Positions 51,139 through 60,975 of a stretch of 64,000 nucleotides of DNA are shown in pieces. The DNA lies in the NCBI GenBank assembly GCA_025061115.1, contig JANZKC010000001.1:608001-672000 (forward strand), in the 5' to 3' direction. Below the pieces are notes generated by a model. It worked only from the letters and a program-made list of their open reading frames with translations, was not told the origin of the DNA and did no database searches. The position numbers and the translations under genes were made by a program. The stretch comes from Candidatus Culexmicrobium cathedralense. GTDB lineage: Archaea > Thermoproteota > Methanomethylicia > Culexarchaeales > Culexmicrobiaceae. Within the stretch, counting starts at the first letter, position 1. Every line of letters starts with the position of its first letter.

Positions 51139-51891
51139 ATGGACGGCAACTTCAATTTAATGGTGAGGCGCATGCCAACCAAGCTCCTCTACATGTATGA
51201 CAGCTATTTGAAGAAATTTAATGCCAAAGTTATAGGAGTTTATGAAAATAAAGTTGTACTTGATCAAACAGCATTCCACCCACTAGCTGGAGGAGTAGCC
51301 AATGACACTGGATACATAATTAAGGAAGGCGAGAAGCACAGAGTAGTTGACGTCCAATTAGATAAGGAGACCGGCGACGTATATCACGTAATTGATGGGG
51401 AAGTGAAGTTAAGCGAAGGAGACGCAGTTGAAGGATTAATTGACTGGGACAGAAGATATAGACTAATGAAATTGCACACCGCAGCCCACCTAATAGCAGC
51501 AGTCCTGTACAACGACTACGGAGCACTAATAACTGGAGGACACGTAGATGTCGAGTATGCCAAAGAAGACTTCAACTTGGAAAAGCCCGATAGGAGGATA
51601 TTTGAAGAAGCAGTCAGGAAAGTTAATGACCTAATTGAAAGGCAATTGCCAGTAAAAATCTACTTCCTAAGCAGGGAAGAAGCAATGAAAATACCGGGGA
51701 TAGTCAAGTTAGCCGAGAGAACGCCGCCGGAAGTAAAGGAACTAAGGATAGTCGAAATATCAGGAGTAGACATTCAAGCCGATGGAGGTCCACACGTAAG
51801 CAACACCAGCGAAATAGGAGAAGTAGTATTACTAAAAGTTCAAAATAAAGGCAAAACCAAGAGAAGAATATACTTTACAGTTAAAGACTAA
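51139..51891 (+). CDS. alaXM: Alanyl-tRNA editing protein AlaX-M
   Basis: LDQTAFHP..GG...D.G, HTAAH and DGGPHV motifs. Confidence 0.92.
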   Translation: MDGNFNLMVRRMPTKLLYMYDSYLKKFNAKVIGVYENKVVLDQTAFHPLAGGVANDTGYIIKEGEKHRVVDVQLDKETGDVYHVIDGEVKLSEGDAVEGLIDWDRRYRLMKLHTAAHLIAAVLYNDYGALITGGHVDVEYAKEDFNLEKPDRRIFEEAVRKVNDLIERQLPVKIYFLSREEAMKIPGIVKLAERTPPEVKELRIVEISGVDIQADGGPHVSNTSEIGEVVLLKVQNKGKTKRRIYFTVKD

Positions 51892-51939
51892 AATTCACCG
51901 CCAAAACGCTAAGCTCACCTTAATCCCAACACGAGCTCC

Positions 51940-52207
51940 TTGAATTATCCAGAGTCTTAGCAGCCTCAATAATTTCACGTTCAATAGGTCCTAAATTTTC
52001 TTCAGCAACCATTAGGAGCCTTGAAAGACTAGGCCCAAACGAAGGTAACCCCAAACCTAGAAGCAGAAACTTAATTGCAAAATCAGCAGCTTGCTAACAC
52101 TTTAAACATGCCCAATTAAAATCCACTCTATCGGCATCAGCCATAGCTGAAGAAAATTCTCCTTAAATGAATTCCACTCATCCAAAGTATTCTTTTTCAT
52201 CAAGCAT
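51940..52207 (-). pseudogene. HEPN-domain gene remnant
   Basis: Reads MLDEKEY...FNWACLKC*QAADF / AIKFLLLGLGLPSFGPSLSRLL...EIIEAAKTLD with stops and a frameshift; typical HEPN of MNT-HEPN pairs. Confidence 0.7.
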
Positions 52208-52313
52208 CCAACTTACATCCAAACTTTAATCACCACTTCAAAAATTAATTAACTTTACCCGAACTGCGATAAGGCAACCTAATCCTAAAGGTCACGGAAG
52301 AATTGCCGCACAG

Positions 52314-52748
52314 TCATGGCGAAACTCGAAAGCGCCTAATGTGCCTAACCCTCTCAGGATCATCAATCTTCCCAATCAGCTTCTCATCAGCAGTGTAGAG
52401 CACGGCGTTCAACTCGTAAGCTAATGCTGCGTAGGATGCATCATAAAGAGTTAAGCCCTTCCTCATGGCAATTTCAACGGCTTTCAAAGCAACTCCACCC
52501 TTCAAGCTAAACTCGGTGAATTGACAGTCCTCCAATATCCTGGCAACCTCCTTCAACTCATCCTCACCAAACTCGCCAGAATACTTCAAAGCATTAAGAA
52601 CTTCATAGTACACTAGGCTGGGGACAACTACGTCAATCAAACCACTTGCATAAGCATCCCTCAGCAGGCCAGCCTCCCTAGAATAATCCTCCTCAACAAA
52701 CCACTTACAAATAACAGATGCATCAACAACTACCTTCGCTCTCTCCAC
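52314..52748 (-). CDS. vapC: VapC/PIN toxin
   Basis: VVDASVICKWF..E, YEVLNAL, YDASY.ALA and TADEKL motifs. Confidence 0.92.
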   Translation of the reverse strand: MERAKVVVDASVICKWFVEEDYSREAGLLRDAYASGLIDVVVPSLVYYEVLNALKYSGEFGEDELKEVARILEDCQFTEFSLKGGVALKAVEIAMRKGLTLYDASYAALAYELNAVLYTADEKLIGKIDDPERVRHIRRFRVSP

Positions 52749-53002
52749 CGCCTAATCTCCTCCACACTACTCCAACCCTCAACCCTACGCACCAACTTTT
52801 TAGAGCGCAAAACCGCCCTCCTAATCCTAGCGAAATCCTTCTCCTCCCTTCGAGCCAACTCCCTAGCAACGACCTCGGCGATAGCTCGCCTCACAACCTC
52901 GCTCCAATTAATATGCCTAAGCTCATCCATCCTACGCTTCAACTCCCTATCAATCCTAAAACTAACAACAACACTCAACCCAACCACCAAAACGTAATAC
53001 AA
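52730..53002 (-). CDS. vapB: RHH-type VapB antitoxin
   Basis: VVSFRID.ELKRRM....INWSEVVRRAI...S.EEIRRWR; overlaps vapC; real start probably the TTG near 52978. Confidence 0.85.
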   Translation of the reverse strand: MYYVLVVGLSVVVSFRIDRELKRRMDELRHINWSEVVRRAIAEVVARELARREEKDFARIRRAVLRSKKLVRRVEGWSSVEEIRRWRERR

Positions 53003-53007
53003 TTATC

Positions 53008-53023
53008 GTAATATAAATATTAC
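53008..53023. promoter_or_regulatory. Palindromic operator over the TATA box of the vapBC pair
   Basis: GTAATAT-AA-ATATTAC; an extra CGTAATA half-site at 52993. Confidence 0.55.
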
Positions 53024-53257
53024 TCACCTAGAATAGGAAAATGCGACGCCAACAAGAATGCATCTAAAGATCACCCACCACAATCCCGCAAGCCCAAACC
53101 ATCATTAGACAAAGCAAAACACTTAGGAAAACAGCCGCAACATTCATGGCATTCGCACCATACGCACTTGGATTGACAGCAATTATAGTAGGAGCGCCTG
53201 GGCAAACTATAACATTAAAATATGCTTAAATGCAGGTATTGGAGGGAGTGATTAAAC

Positions 53258-53947
53258 TTGAAAAACATTGGGATCATAGGTGGATTAAGCCCTGAATCGA
53301 CAATTCTATACTACAAGACGATAATTGAGGAGTATAGGAGGAAATTTAAAGATGAAAACTACCCAAACATAATAATTTATAGCGTAAACTTCGGCAAATT
53401 CACGAAGCTAATCAGCGAAGGTAAAGATGAAGCGGCAGCAGAAATGTTAGTTGAAGCAGCAAAATCACTTGAAAAGGCAGGTGCAAGCTGCATTTTAATA
53501 GCTGCAAACACGCCGCACATGCTCCTAAACTACATAAAAGCGCGAGCGAAAGCACCAATAATAAGCATTATAGATGCCTTAGCGGAAGAACTCAAAAAGG
53601 ACAACGTAAAAACAGTAGGGCTGCTGGGAACAAAGTTCACATTAACAAAGCCATTCTACATTGAAGGCTTGAGAAAACACGGCATAAATGCATTAACGCC
53701 CCAGCCAGAAGACATAGAGCTAGTAAACAAAATAATCTACCAAGAACTAGTAAAAGGAATAGTGAGAAACGAGTCGAAAAAACAGCTAATCAAAGTAATC
53801 GAGAAACTAATCGATAATGGAGCGCAAGGAATAGCGCTTGCATGCACAGAACTACCACTACTAATAACAGGAAAAGTAAACAACATAAAACTCTACAACA
53901 CAGCAAAAATCCACGCAATAAAAGCACTTGAATACGCAACCAAATAA
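53258..53947 (+). CDS. Aspartate/glutamate racemase family (RacX/YgeA-like)
   Basis: IGIIGGLSPEST..YY, ANTPH, GLLGT.FT and ACTELP motifs. Confidence 0.9.
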   Translation: MKNIGIIGGLSPESTILYYKTIIEEYRRKFKDENYPNIIIYSVNFGKFTKLISEGKDEAAAEMLVEAAKSLEKAGASCILIAANTPHMLLNYIKARAKAPIISIIDALAEELKKDNVKTVGLLGTKFTLTKPFYIEGLRKHGINALTPQPEDIELVNKIIYQELVKGIVRNESKKQLIKVIEKLIDNGAQGIALACTELPLLITGKVNNIKLYNTAKIHAIKALEYATK

Positions 53948-54205
53948 ATTTCAACTCACAATTCCAATACCGCCACCAGAATAAGCTTAATCTCATGCCT
54001 TAAAGTTAGAACCCCACCAATTCACACACCTTATTTAAGCCCATCCTCCTAACCTCCTCAGCAAGCCTCCTCCAAGCTCCAAGATCGATCCCCCCACTCG
54101 ATGCTATGGAATCCAAATCCAGTGAGCTTGACTCCCCCAAACCAGCCCCGATAAACATGAATTTACATATAAAATACCCACAAACCATGGAATAGGCGTC
54201 AAGCA

Positions 54206-54358
54206 TTGGGTAAAGTCATCATGGTTTCTGATGAAGTTTATGAAAGACTTAAAAGCATGAAGAAACCCGGAAAGCCCTTTTCCGACGTAGTTAAGCATCT
54301 ACTAGAATACAAACTTAGACTATTCGCTTATTTGAGTACTAAGCTCCAACTCATATGA
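54206..54358 (+). CDS. Short orphan antitoxin (DUF217/VapB-like), possibly truncated
   Basis: MGKVIMVSDEVYERLKSMKKPGKPFSDVVKHLL matches the K.I.VSD.VY..L...K.PG.SFSDV pattern; 50 aa, below the ORF-track cutoff. Confidence 0.65.
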   Translation: MGKVIMVSDEVYERLKSMKKPGKPFSDVVKHLLEYKLRLFAYLSTKLQLI

Positions 54359-54370
54359 AATTTAGGCTTG

Positions 54371-54793
54371 CTAAAATATTCTCTTCAAAGGCGTGTTATC
54401 GAAATCCGCATCATTTGTTACTATTTCCTTGGCACCTGCCTTCAGCGCCGCTGCAAGGTGTAATAAGTCTTCATAATCAAGGCCATATTCTTTCATCAGT
54501 TCAGCCGCCCGAACATAATCCTCAGGCTCTAGCCTAACGATTACTAAACCCTTGAGATGCGTTATCGCATTAACAATGCTTTCCACCAGCTGTTTATCCC
54601 TCAGGTTCCTGCCCGTTAAGCCCGCCATGATTACAAGTATCTCATATATGGTCAGACTTGACGTTACGTATTTCCCTCGGGAGCTTCTTTCAATTAACCT
54701 TACCCACCTATATGCCGTTTCACCGTAGGTTGGATGATCACCCAACCAATATATGAAGACATTGACATCTACATATCTTTTGACATCCACCAC
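54371..54793 (-). CDS. vapC: VapC/PIN toxin
   Basis: YVDVNVFIY, TIYE, LDYEDLLH.A and TNDADFD motifs. Confidence 0.9.
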   Translation of the reverse strand: MVDVKRYVDVNVFIYWLGDHPTYGETAYRWVRLIERSSRGKYVTSSLTIYEILVIMAGLTGRNLRDKQLVESIVNAITHLKGLVIVRLEPEDYVRAAELMKEYGLDYEDLLHLAAALKAGAKEIVTNDADFDNTPLKRIF

Positions 54794-55014
54794 TCCCTAA
54801 TCACCCTAACCATAAATTCATCCAGATCCTCCGGCCACCTAGCAATCTTGAAAGCCCCAAAAAATTTTTCAGCAACAGGCTCTACGGGCTGAATAACCAC
54901 ACTTCTCCCCTCCACCTTAACAGAAACATAACCCCCCTCCTTCACATTAATCCTCTCCCTAATCTTTTTGGGAATGAGAATGCGGCCTCTCTCATCAACT
55001 CTAACTATCTCCAC
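54769..55014 (-). CDS. AbrB-type antitoxin
   Basis: VRVDERGRILIPKKIRE motif; TTCCCACA direct repeats (55041, 55059) flank the TATA upstream. Confidence 0.88.
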   Translation of the reverse strand: MEIVRVDERGRILIPKKIRERINVKEGGYVSVKVEGRSVVIQPVEPVAEKFFGAFKIARWPEDLDEFMVRVIREWWMSKDM

Positions 55015-55308
55015 CCCTCACACACCCACCAAAAATAACATTCCCACATATTTAAAATTTCCCACAAAACACCAAAATATTTCCCCCTTTTAAAACTCTT
55101 AAACTTCTACCAATTGTTCAACCTAACACTTCTATATTCAAATATTTGAAGATATGGTTAACGTTTAAGCAAACTTATACTGCACAATTCTTTTTAAATA
55201 TAAATCACATAAAAATATTATAATTTAATCAAAATAAATTATTATAAGTGATAATATTGTTCAACTTAAGGTCAGCAATTAACAAATTTAAAAATGTTTG
55301 AGCAAACA

Positions 55309-56544
55309 TCACATAAATTCGGTGAGTTTCTTCAATTTATAGCGGGACAACATTTCCCTATATCGCGATACTAATCTAATACATTTTTCAACTCTTTCAC
55401 GAACAATTCTGTCGGTCTTAATCTTAGGCTTTTTTAAAAGATAATTTTTAGGGTCAATACCTACTTCAGAAAAGATTTTTCTAATTCTAGCTACTTCTAA
55501 TGCTGATTTTTCTGCATTATATAGTCTAACTTCTTCTTCAAATCTACTTTTCCCACTTCTCCTATTAGCCATAATGGAGTCAATTGTTATTCTACCAGAG
55601 TTTAGCTCTGGCAGGTAATCCCTTAAAGCAATTGCTTTTTCAATATTTAAATATGAATAGTTGGTGGTGCTTAAAATCTTCTTTTCAATATCCCTTTGCC
55701 TTAACATGTCAGCTATTTCCTCGGATATAACTGGTCTTCTATGATTAGGTCCGATTACATCAATTCCTATAAATGGAGAGACAAGATCACGCGCAGTAAT
55801 CTCGTCATATTTATGAGGAGTTTTACTGAACTTAACGTTAACACCATAAATAACAACAGGTTCATCAAGACTCCGCTCTAGTTCCTTAGACAGCTTAAGA
55901 GCAAAAACATGCTTTGAATATCTTGTGACAGGATTAGAGCCATCATAATCAACACAGATAAAATTTGTAAGTAGGTTATTGTTTCTATTAGCCATATCAA
56001 AGTACATCTTAACAATTCTATCACGCAAACCTCTTGACACTTCCGGAATTGAAAGAGCTATTGACTTATTAACACTAGAAGCGGCCTCTAAAAAACCCTG
56101 AATTATAGGAAGAACATATCGCTCATTAACACGATTAAAAATAGGAGTACATAAAACATCAACTTCAACTGCTCCAAAAAGCTCCAAAATATACTCTCCA
56201 ATTTTAGCTGGATATCTAAACCTAAGAGTAGGTTTAGCCTCAATTTCAGGTACAGCTACAACAAGCTCATAGTCTTGAGCTTTCCTTGCAGCTCTTCGAA
56301 TCTTATAAGTGAAAAGATACTCCTCATCTAAATTCGACCATAAGCGCTTAAGTTTATCAGGAGTTATCCTAGCATAAATCTCCACTACTCCTCTGCAATC
56401 CCTAAGTGTAATTACTCTATCCTCCCTAGCGTTGCCAAACAAAACTCTCACTGGAGTATAAAAGGTGCCTCTAAAGTGCTTTACCTCCAAAACCCTACCA
56501 GCAATACTCTCCACATCTTCAACGTACTTTGCCTTAATGGTCAT
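55309..56544 (-). CDS. Uncharacterised 411-aa protein, possible TGT/DpdA-like TIM barrel with a C-terminal PIP-box-like motif
   Basis: GRVLEVKHFRGTFYTP recalls the TGT N-terminus (R.G.L....G.I.TP); GIDVIG and LYN recall TGT G.D.FD and HN; ends KKLTEFM. Confidence 0.4.
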   Translation of the reverse strand: MTIKAKYVEDVESIAGRVLEVKHFRGTFYTPVRVLFGNAREDRVITLRDCRGVVEIYARITPDKLKRLWSNLDEEYLFTYKIRRAARKAQDYELVVAVPEIEAKPTLRFRYPAKIGEYILELFGAVEVDVLCTPIFNRVNERYVLPIIQGFLEAASSVNKSIALSIPEVSRGLRDRIVKMYFDMANRNNNLLTNFICVDYDGSNPVTRYSKHVFALKLSKELERSLDEPVVIYGVNVKFSKTPHKYDEITARDLVSPFIGIDVIGPNHRRPVISEEIADMLRQRDIEKKILSTTNYSYLNIEKAIALRDYLPELNSGRITIDSIMANRRSGKSRFEEEVRLYNAEKSALEVARIRKIFSEVGIDPKNYLLKKPKIKTDRIVRERVEKCIRLVSRYREMLSRYKLKKLTEFM

Positions 56545-56608
56545 TTTATAGTCCTCAAATTAAAAAGCAATAATCTAATATACAAACTTTATTTTACAGT
56601 TAAATGCA

Positions 56609-57250
56609 ATGGCAAACCAAGCGAAAAAGATAGAGATCAACAAAATACTAAGCAAAATAAGTGAAGAAAGGGGTGCTGAAGAGTGGACTTTATCAATATT
56701 ATATGCCTCAAAACAAAAAGCCCTAAAAAGCAAAGTACATATACAAAAAGCATTATTCCTAGCCTCAAAATACATAAATGAATTGAAAGAAGAATTAGAG
56801 TTTAAAGCCTATAGACTAGGACCTTACAGCGAAGAAGTAGAAGACATTATTGAAGTGCTAGAATCCAGCAACTACACCATAAAAAATGAGAAAAGAATAG
56901 TCCTAACAAGTAGGGGCTTAACAAAAGCCAAAGAAATCTGGAAAAAACTAGAAGAAGACAAGAAAATCATACTTAAAAACATTGTAGAATTAATAAACAA
57001 TCTAGATGAAGATGAACTACTCTTATACATCTACACAAAATATGGTTTTAAAGAAAAATCAGATATCATAGACAAGTTACTGCGAAAAAGAAAACTCATA
57101 GCCTTAAATATGCTGAGAAAAGGCGTAGTATCAACATCACTAGCAGCAAAAATTGCGGGAATGACGCTAAGAGAATTCATAAAATACGCCAAAAGAAAGG
57201 GGGTAAAAATCTATACTGCAGAGGATGACGACCTTGTCGTCACAAAGTAA
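56609..57250 (+). CDS. Panacea/SocA(YwgA)-like wHTH fused to a UPF0175 antitoxin domain
   Basis: IQKALFL...FKAYRLGPYSEEV; C-terminal G.VS.SLAAKIAGMT..EF......GV. Confidence 0.7.
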   Translation: MANQAKKIEINKILSKISEERGAEEWTLSILYASKQKALKSKVHIQKALFLASKYINELKEELEFKAYRLGPYSEEVEDIIEVLESSNYTIKNEKRIVLTSRGLTKAKEIWKKLEEDKKIILKNIVELINNLDEDELLLYIYTKYGFKEKSDIIDKLLRKRKLIALNMLRKGVVSTSLAAKIAGMTLREFIKYAKRKGVKIYTAEDDDLVVTK

Positions 57251-57749
57251 TGAAAAGTACTGCTTAATCATAAACTCATCAACAATAATAACCCTAAACG
57301 AACTCGATCAAATCAACCTAATCAACAAGGCAAAAGAAATAGCAGAAATATACATTCCAAACGCAGTAAAAATGGAAGTAGGAAACAACATTCCAATCAA
57401 AGCAAAAGCAATACAAATAAAAAACAACGCCATACCACCCCTCATAAAATCATACCTAGAAGGATTAGGAGAAGGGGAAAAAGAAGTAATAATAACAGCA
57501 TTAACACTGAGCCAAAAAACAGACAAAACAAAAGTAATAGCAATAACAGACGACAAACAAGCAAGAAGAAAATGTAAACAACTAAAAATAAGAGTAAAAG
57601 GAACATTAGGTCTAATAAAAATACTAGAAGAAAACAACATCATAACAAAAAGAGAAGCGATAGAAATCATAGAAAAACTACCAAAAACAAGTCTATACAT
57701 AACCAAAGAACTAGTAGAAAAAGCAAAAGAGCAAATATTAACCAAGTAA
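57225..57749 (+). CDS. DUF3368-type PIN-domain toxin
   Basis: INSSTII.L, IP.AV..E, LGEGEKEVI, TDDKQAR and GTLGLI motifs. Confidence 0.85.
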   Translation: MTTLSSQSNEKYCLIINSSTIITLNELDQINLINKAKEIAEIYIPNAVKMEVGNNIPIKAKAIQIKNNAIPPLIKSYLEGLGEGEKEVIITALTLSQKTDKTKVIAITDDKQARRKCKQLKIRVKGTLGLIKILEENNIITKREAIEIIEKLPKTSLYITKELVEKAKEQILTK

Positions 57750-58146
57750 AATAAGCGAAAACTCAAAATTTGGAATTATCAAAATCACCTCAATGTTAAC
57801 AAGCCACACAATTGCATATACAATTTAGATGCAAAGCACTAAGTGATGGAGAACCAACAATTTGCCTCACTGTCTTTCTAGCTCTCTTTAAAATGTCATC
57901 TGATCGTACAAGACCCTTAGCTTCACTTAAAATTATACATGGCAGACAGAGAACTAATCAAAAAATTCCCAAACACAGCAACCCACATAAAACAATACAC
58001 ATAACCAATTTAAGCCGAAAAAGTACAGCTCCATCCTATTTAAAATTGTAGTAAGTTGCATCGCGGTTAGGTATCCCACATCGCCATAGGGACTAATTTT
58101 GCTTCTTCCTCGCTTACTAGTGCTCCTCCATACTGTTACATTATGT

Positions 58147-58980
58147 CTAAAAATTCTTCGGCTTCTTTTGTTGCGAAGATGGCGGCTGTAATGGTGGAGT
58201 TATAACTGCTTCTTGAATTAGTTCGCCAAATCTAGTTCCAATTAGAAGTGCTCTAATACCTCGGTTTCGTTCAAATAGAAATGCTTTCTGAACTCTACTA
58301 TAATACTCTGAAATTAATTCCAATAATTTTACATATTTAGGATTACTATCTAACAAAATTACATCTAAACCAAGTTCCTTAAGTACGAAGAGATTCAACG
58401 GCTTACCATGAGTCTCTACTTCTAAGACAAACTTCTTTAGGAGATCCTCATATTTCTCCTTATTCTCATTAAACTTACATTTTACATAGGTGTCCAATAC
58501 ATGTTGAACATAACTTAAACTTCTCAAAGATTCTTGGTAAAGATACATGTCTTGAGCTACGTAGAGTCTTGTAAGACCCTCTGCTCCAAGCTTTTGATTT
58601 ACAGCTAGATTGGGCAGAGTTTCTTCAATAAGTCTCTTATATGCAATAGCTAAAATGACTCTGAGACCACGTGGAGATTGAACTATTAACTGAGGATCTA
58701 TGGGTCCCAAAGATGTAGATGAGGGGCCGAGAACACGATCAGCAAGTAAAGCTAATAATGTTCCCGCAGACATAGCAATACTAGGGATAATAACATTAAC
58801 ATCATTAAAACCTAAACCCTTAACTTTACTAATAAACATCTCTGGAAAGTGAATGTCCCCCCCGAGAGTCGACAAAATAACATATAGATGACCATGATTC
58901 TCTAAGCGAAAACGTATAAGCGCCTGCTCAATCACCTGTATGGCATGAACATTCAACATACTTCCAATAGGCAATGCCAA
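58147..58980 (-). CDS. ClpP-fold serine protease (SDH_sah/DUF114 family), N-terminus possibly truncated
   Basis: LSTLGGD, AMSAGTLLAL.AD, SLGPIDPQ and THG.P motifs. Confidence 0.8.
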   Translation of the reverse strand: MALPIGSMLNVHAIQVIEQALIRFRLENHGHLYVILSTLGGDIHFPEMFISKVKGLGFNDVNVIIPSIAMSAGTLLALLADRVLGPSSTSLGPIDPQLIVQSPRGLRVILAIAYKRLIEETLPNLAVNQKLGAEGLTRLYVAQDMYLYQESLRSLSYVQHVLDTYVKCKFNENKEKYEDLLKKFVLEVETHGKPLNLFVLKELGLDVILLDSNPKYVKLLELISEYYSRVQKAFLFERNRGIRALLIGTRFGELIQEAVITPPLQPPSSQQKKPKNF

Positions 58981-59095
58981 CTAGGAAATTTAAAAGTAAG
59001 TCGACTCAAGGTAAGGATTAAGAGGGAGCTTCAAAACAAGCAGAATATGTTAATACGGCAGTAACACATTTATATAGCATCAATATTCAATTTTA

Positions 59096-59335
59096 ATGGT
59101 GGCCAATTTGTCCACGATCACGATCAGAATAGATCCTGAGATTAAGAGGCTTATGAAGAAGTACAGCTACATCAACTGGAGTGAAGTCGCTAGGAAAGCA
59201 ATCATCAAGAAGCTAAGGGAAGAGGAAGAGAAGAACATTGCTGAAGCACTACTCATAAACGAGGAACTCAGGAGAAAAGCTCCAAAAGATTGGGACTCAA
59301 CGGAGGCCATCAAAAAATGGAGAAGACAAAGATAG
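59096..59335 (+). CDS. vapB: RHH-type VapB antitoxin
   Basis: TITIRIDPEIKRLM....INWSEVARKAI...STEAIKKWR; paralog of 52730..53002. Confidence 0.85.
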   Translation: MVANLSTITIRIDPEIKRLMKKYSYINWSEVARKAIIKKLREEEEKNIAEALLINEELRRKAPKDWDSTEAIKKWRRQR

Positions 59336-59736
59336 TCGTAGACGCAAGCATCATTGCAAAGTGGTTCCTAATAGAAAAGTACAGCGACGAAGCGCTGAAA
59401 GTAAGGAACGATTACATCAAAGGGCTGATAGAGATAGCAGTTCCCTCCCTCCTAGAATATGAAGTGCTAAACGCGCTTAAGTACAGCGGCGTCTACACCA
59501 CAGAAGAACTCAAGAAAATAGGACGGGCACTAAACAACTACAACTTCACCACCCACGAACTACAAGGAGAACTAAAGCAACGCACAATCCAAATCGCAGA
59601 GGAAAACAACATCACAATATACGACGCAAGCTACATAGCACTAGCAAAAACACTCAAAACAAAACTATACACAGCAGACGAAGAACTAATCACAAAATTC
59701 CCAAACACAGCAACCCACATAAAACAATATACATAA
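59290..59736 (+). CDS. vapC: VapC/PIN toxin
   Basis: VVDASIIAKWF..E, YEVLNALKYSG, YDASYIALA and TADEEL; paralog of 52314..52748; start probably ATG 59317. Confidence 0.92.
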   Translation: MGLNGGHQKMEKTKIVVDASIIAKWFLIEKYSDEALKVRNDYIKGLIEIAVPSLLEYEVLNALKYSGVYTTEELKKIGRALNNYNFTTHELQGELKQRTIQIAEENNITIYDASYIALAKTLKTKLYTADEELITKFPNTATHIKQYT

Positions 59737-60301
59737 CCAAACCGACAACCTAAGACAATTAAAAGAGGAAAGCCCACCAAGCATCAACCTCTATTTTAGG
59801 AACAATCCCAACAGCAACTCTAAAATTACAGGTATGCCGATAACCAAAACTAAAATTAATGCCGAGAAAAGAACAGCAACTGAAACATTGAAAGTTATTA
59901 ATAAGCTAATTGAACTTAGCATCCCCAACACTCAAACCCCTCTCAACAAGAGAAACATATAGTAAACTATCGTTTACCCTACAAAACTTTCGTTTACTAG
60001 AATACCTCAATCAACATGAAATCACACTCAGAAATTCATCGGCAAAACATTTAAACTTCACATGTCAATCACACTAATTATCCTTTTTAACGCTAAGAAG
60101 TTTAAGAATATTAATGAAACTTAACTATTGCTAATCCGCTTAGACTTAGGAGTTAGATTGATGGTGTTAGAGTTAGGCTGATTAGCATTAAGGTTAAATT
60201 TATGATCAAAATGTTCTCGCCCTATCTTAGACTAGGAGTAGCCCACTGAAGGCTGGAAGAAACAGATTATGGTGGTTTAAAAAATAGGAAAATACAAATA
60301 T

Positions 60302-60323
60302 TACCAATTAAATATTATTGGTA
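60302..60323. promoter_or_regulatory. Inverted-repeat operator around the TATA box of an AbrB-VapC pair
   Basis: TACCAAT-TAAATATT-ATTGGTA, 11 bp before the ATG. Confidence 0.6.
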
Positions 60324-60334
60324 CGAAATCTAAA

Positions 60335-60565
60335 ATGGAAATTAAACTTATAGACGATCAAGGAAGATTAGTACTGCCAAAAGAATGGAGACAGAAGCAT
60401 GCTAAGAATAGAAGAATCATATTGAGAATAGAAGGTGAAAGGATAATAATAGAACCCCTCAAACTCCCAGACCTAACCAAGTTCTTCGACTCCATTGAAG
60501 CTGAAATTAAATCAGACCTCTCCAACTGGAAGTCTGTGAGGAGGGAACTACTTGAGATTCGTTGA
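60335..60565 (+). CDS. AbrB-type antitoxin
   Basis: IDDQGRLVLPKEWR motif. Confidence 0.85.
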   Translation: MEIKLIDDQGRLVLPKEWRQKHAKNRRIILRIEGERIIIEPLKLPDLTKFFDSIEAEIKSDLSNWKSVRRELLEIR

Positions 60566-60975
60566 TGCAAGCGTCTTCGTCCATGCATTCATAAAACCCA
60601 AAAGAAAACTTAAACCACATGAAATAAAAATAAAGGAATCAGCTAAAGCAATAGTGAAGAAGATAAATGAAAGCGAGAAAGTTGGCTTAACCGTAATACA
60701 GCTAGCTGAAATCGCCAACATACTAGAAAACTACATGCCATTAGAAGATGCATTACAAGTTGAAGAATTCCTCCTATATGCTCCAAACGTAAAGATATAT
60801 GGAGTCACAAAGAAAAAACTGCATAAAAGCCCTGAAAGCAGCTAAAAACAAGATAGTAGCATTAAACGATGCAATAGCATACATAGTAATGCTGGAAAAC
60901 AAGGTAAAGGAAATATATTCCTTCGACAAGACTTCGACAAACTAGAAGGAATAAAAAGAAAAACCCAAATAAATG
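60552..60975 (+). pseudogene. Frameshifted VapC/PIN toxin
   Basis: MRFVDASVF...; continues in other frames as CIKALKAAKNKIVALNDAIAYIVM...IYSFDK / FDKLEGIKR; frameshifts near the A-run at 60812 and near 60930. Confidence 0.75.

Noticed and set aside
5597-57766. Many antisense or overlapping short ORFs in the track (e.g. 5597..6031, 33866..34267, 41356..41832, 57308..57766)
   Set aside because: They are shadows of well-supported genes on the other strand or frame, with Ser/Leu/Phe-rich composition and no motifs
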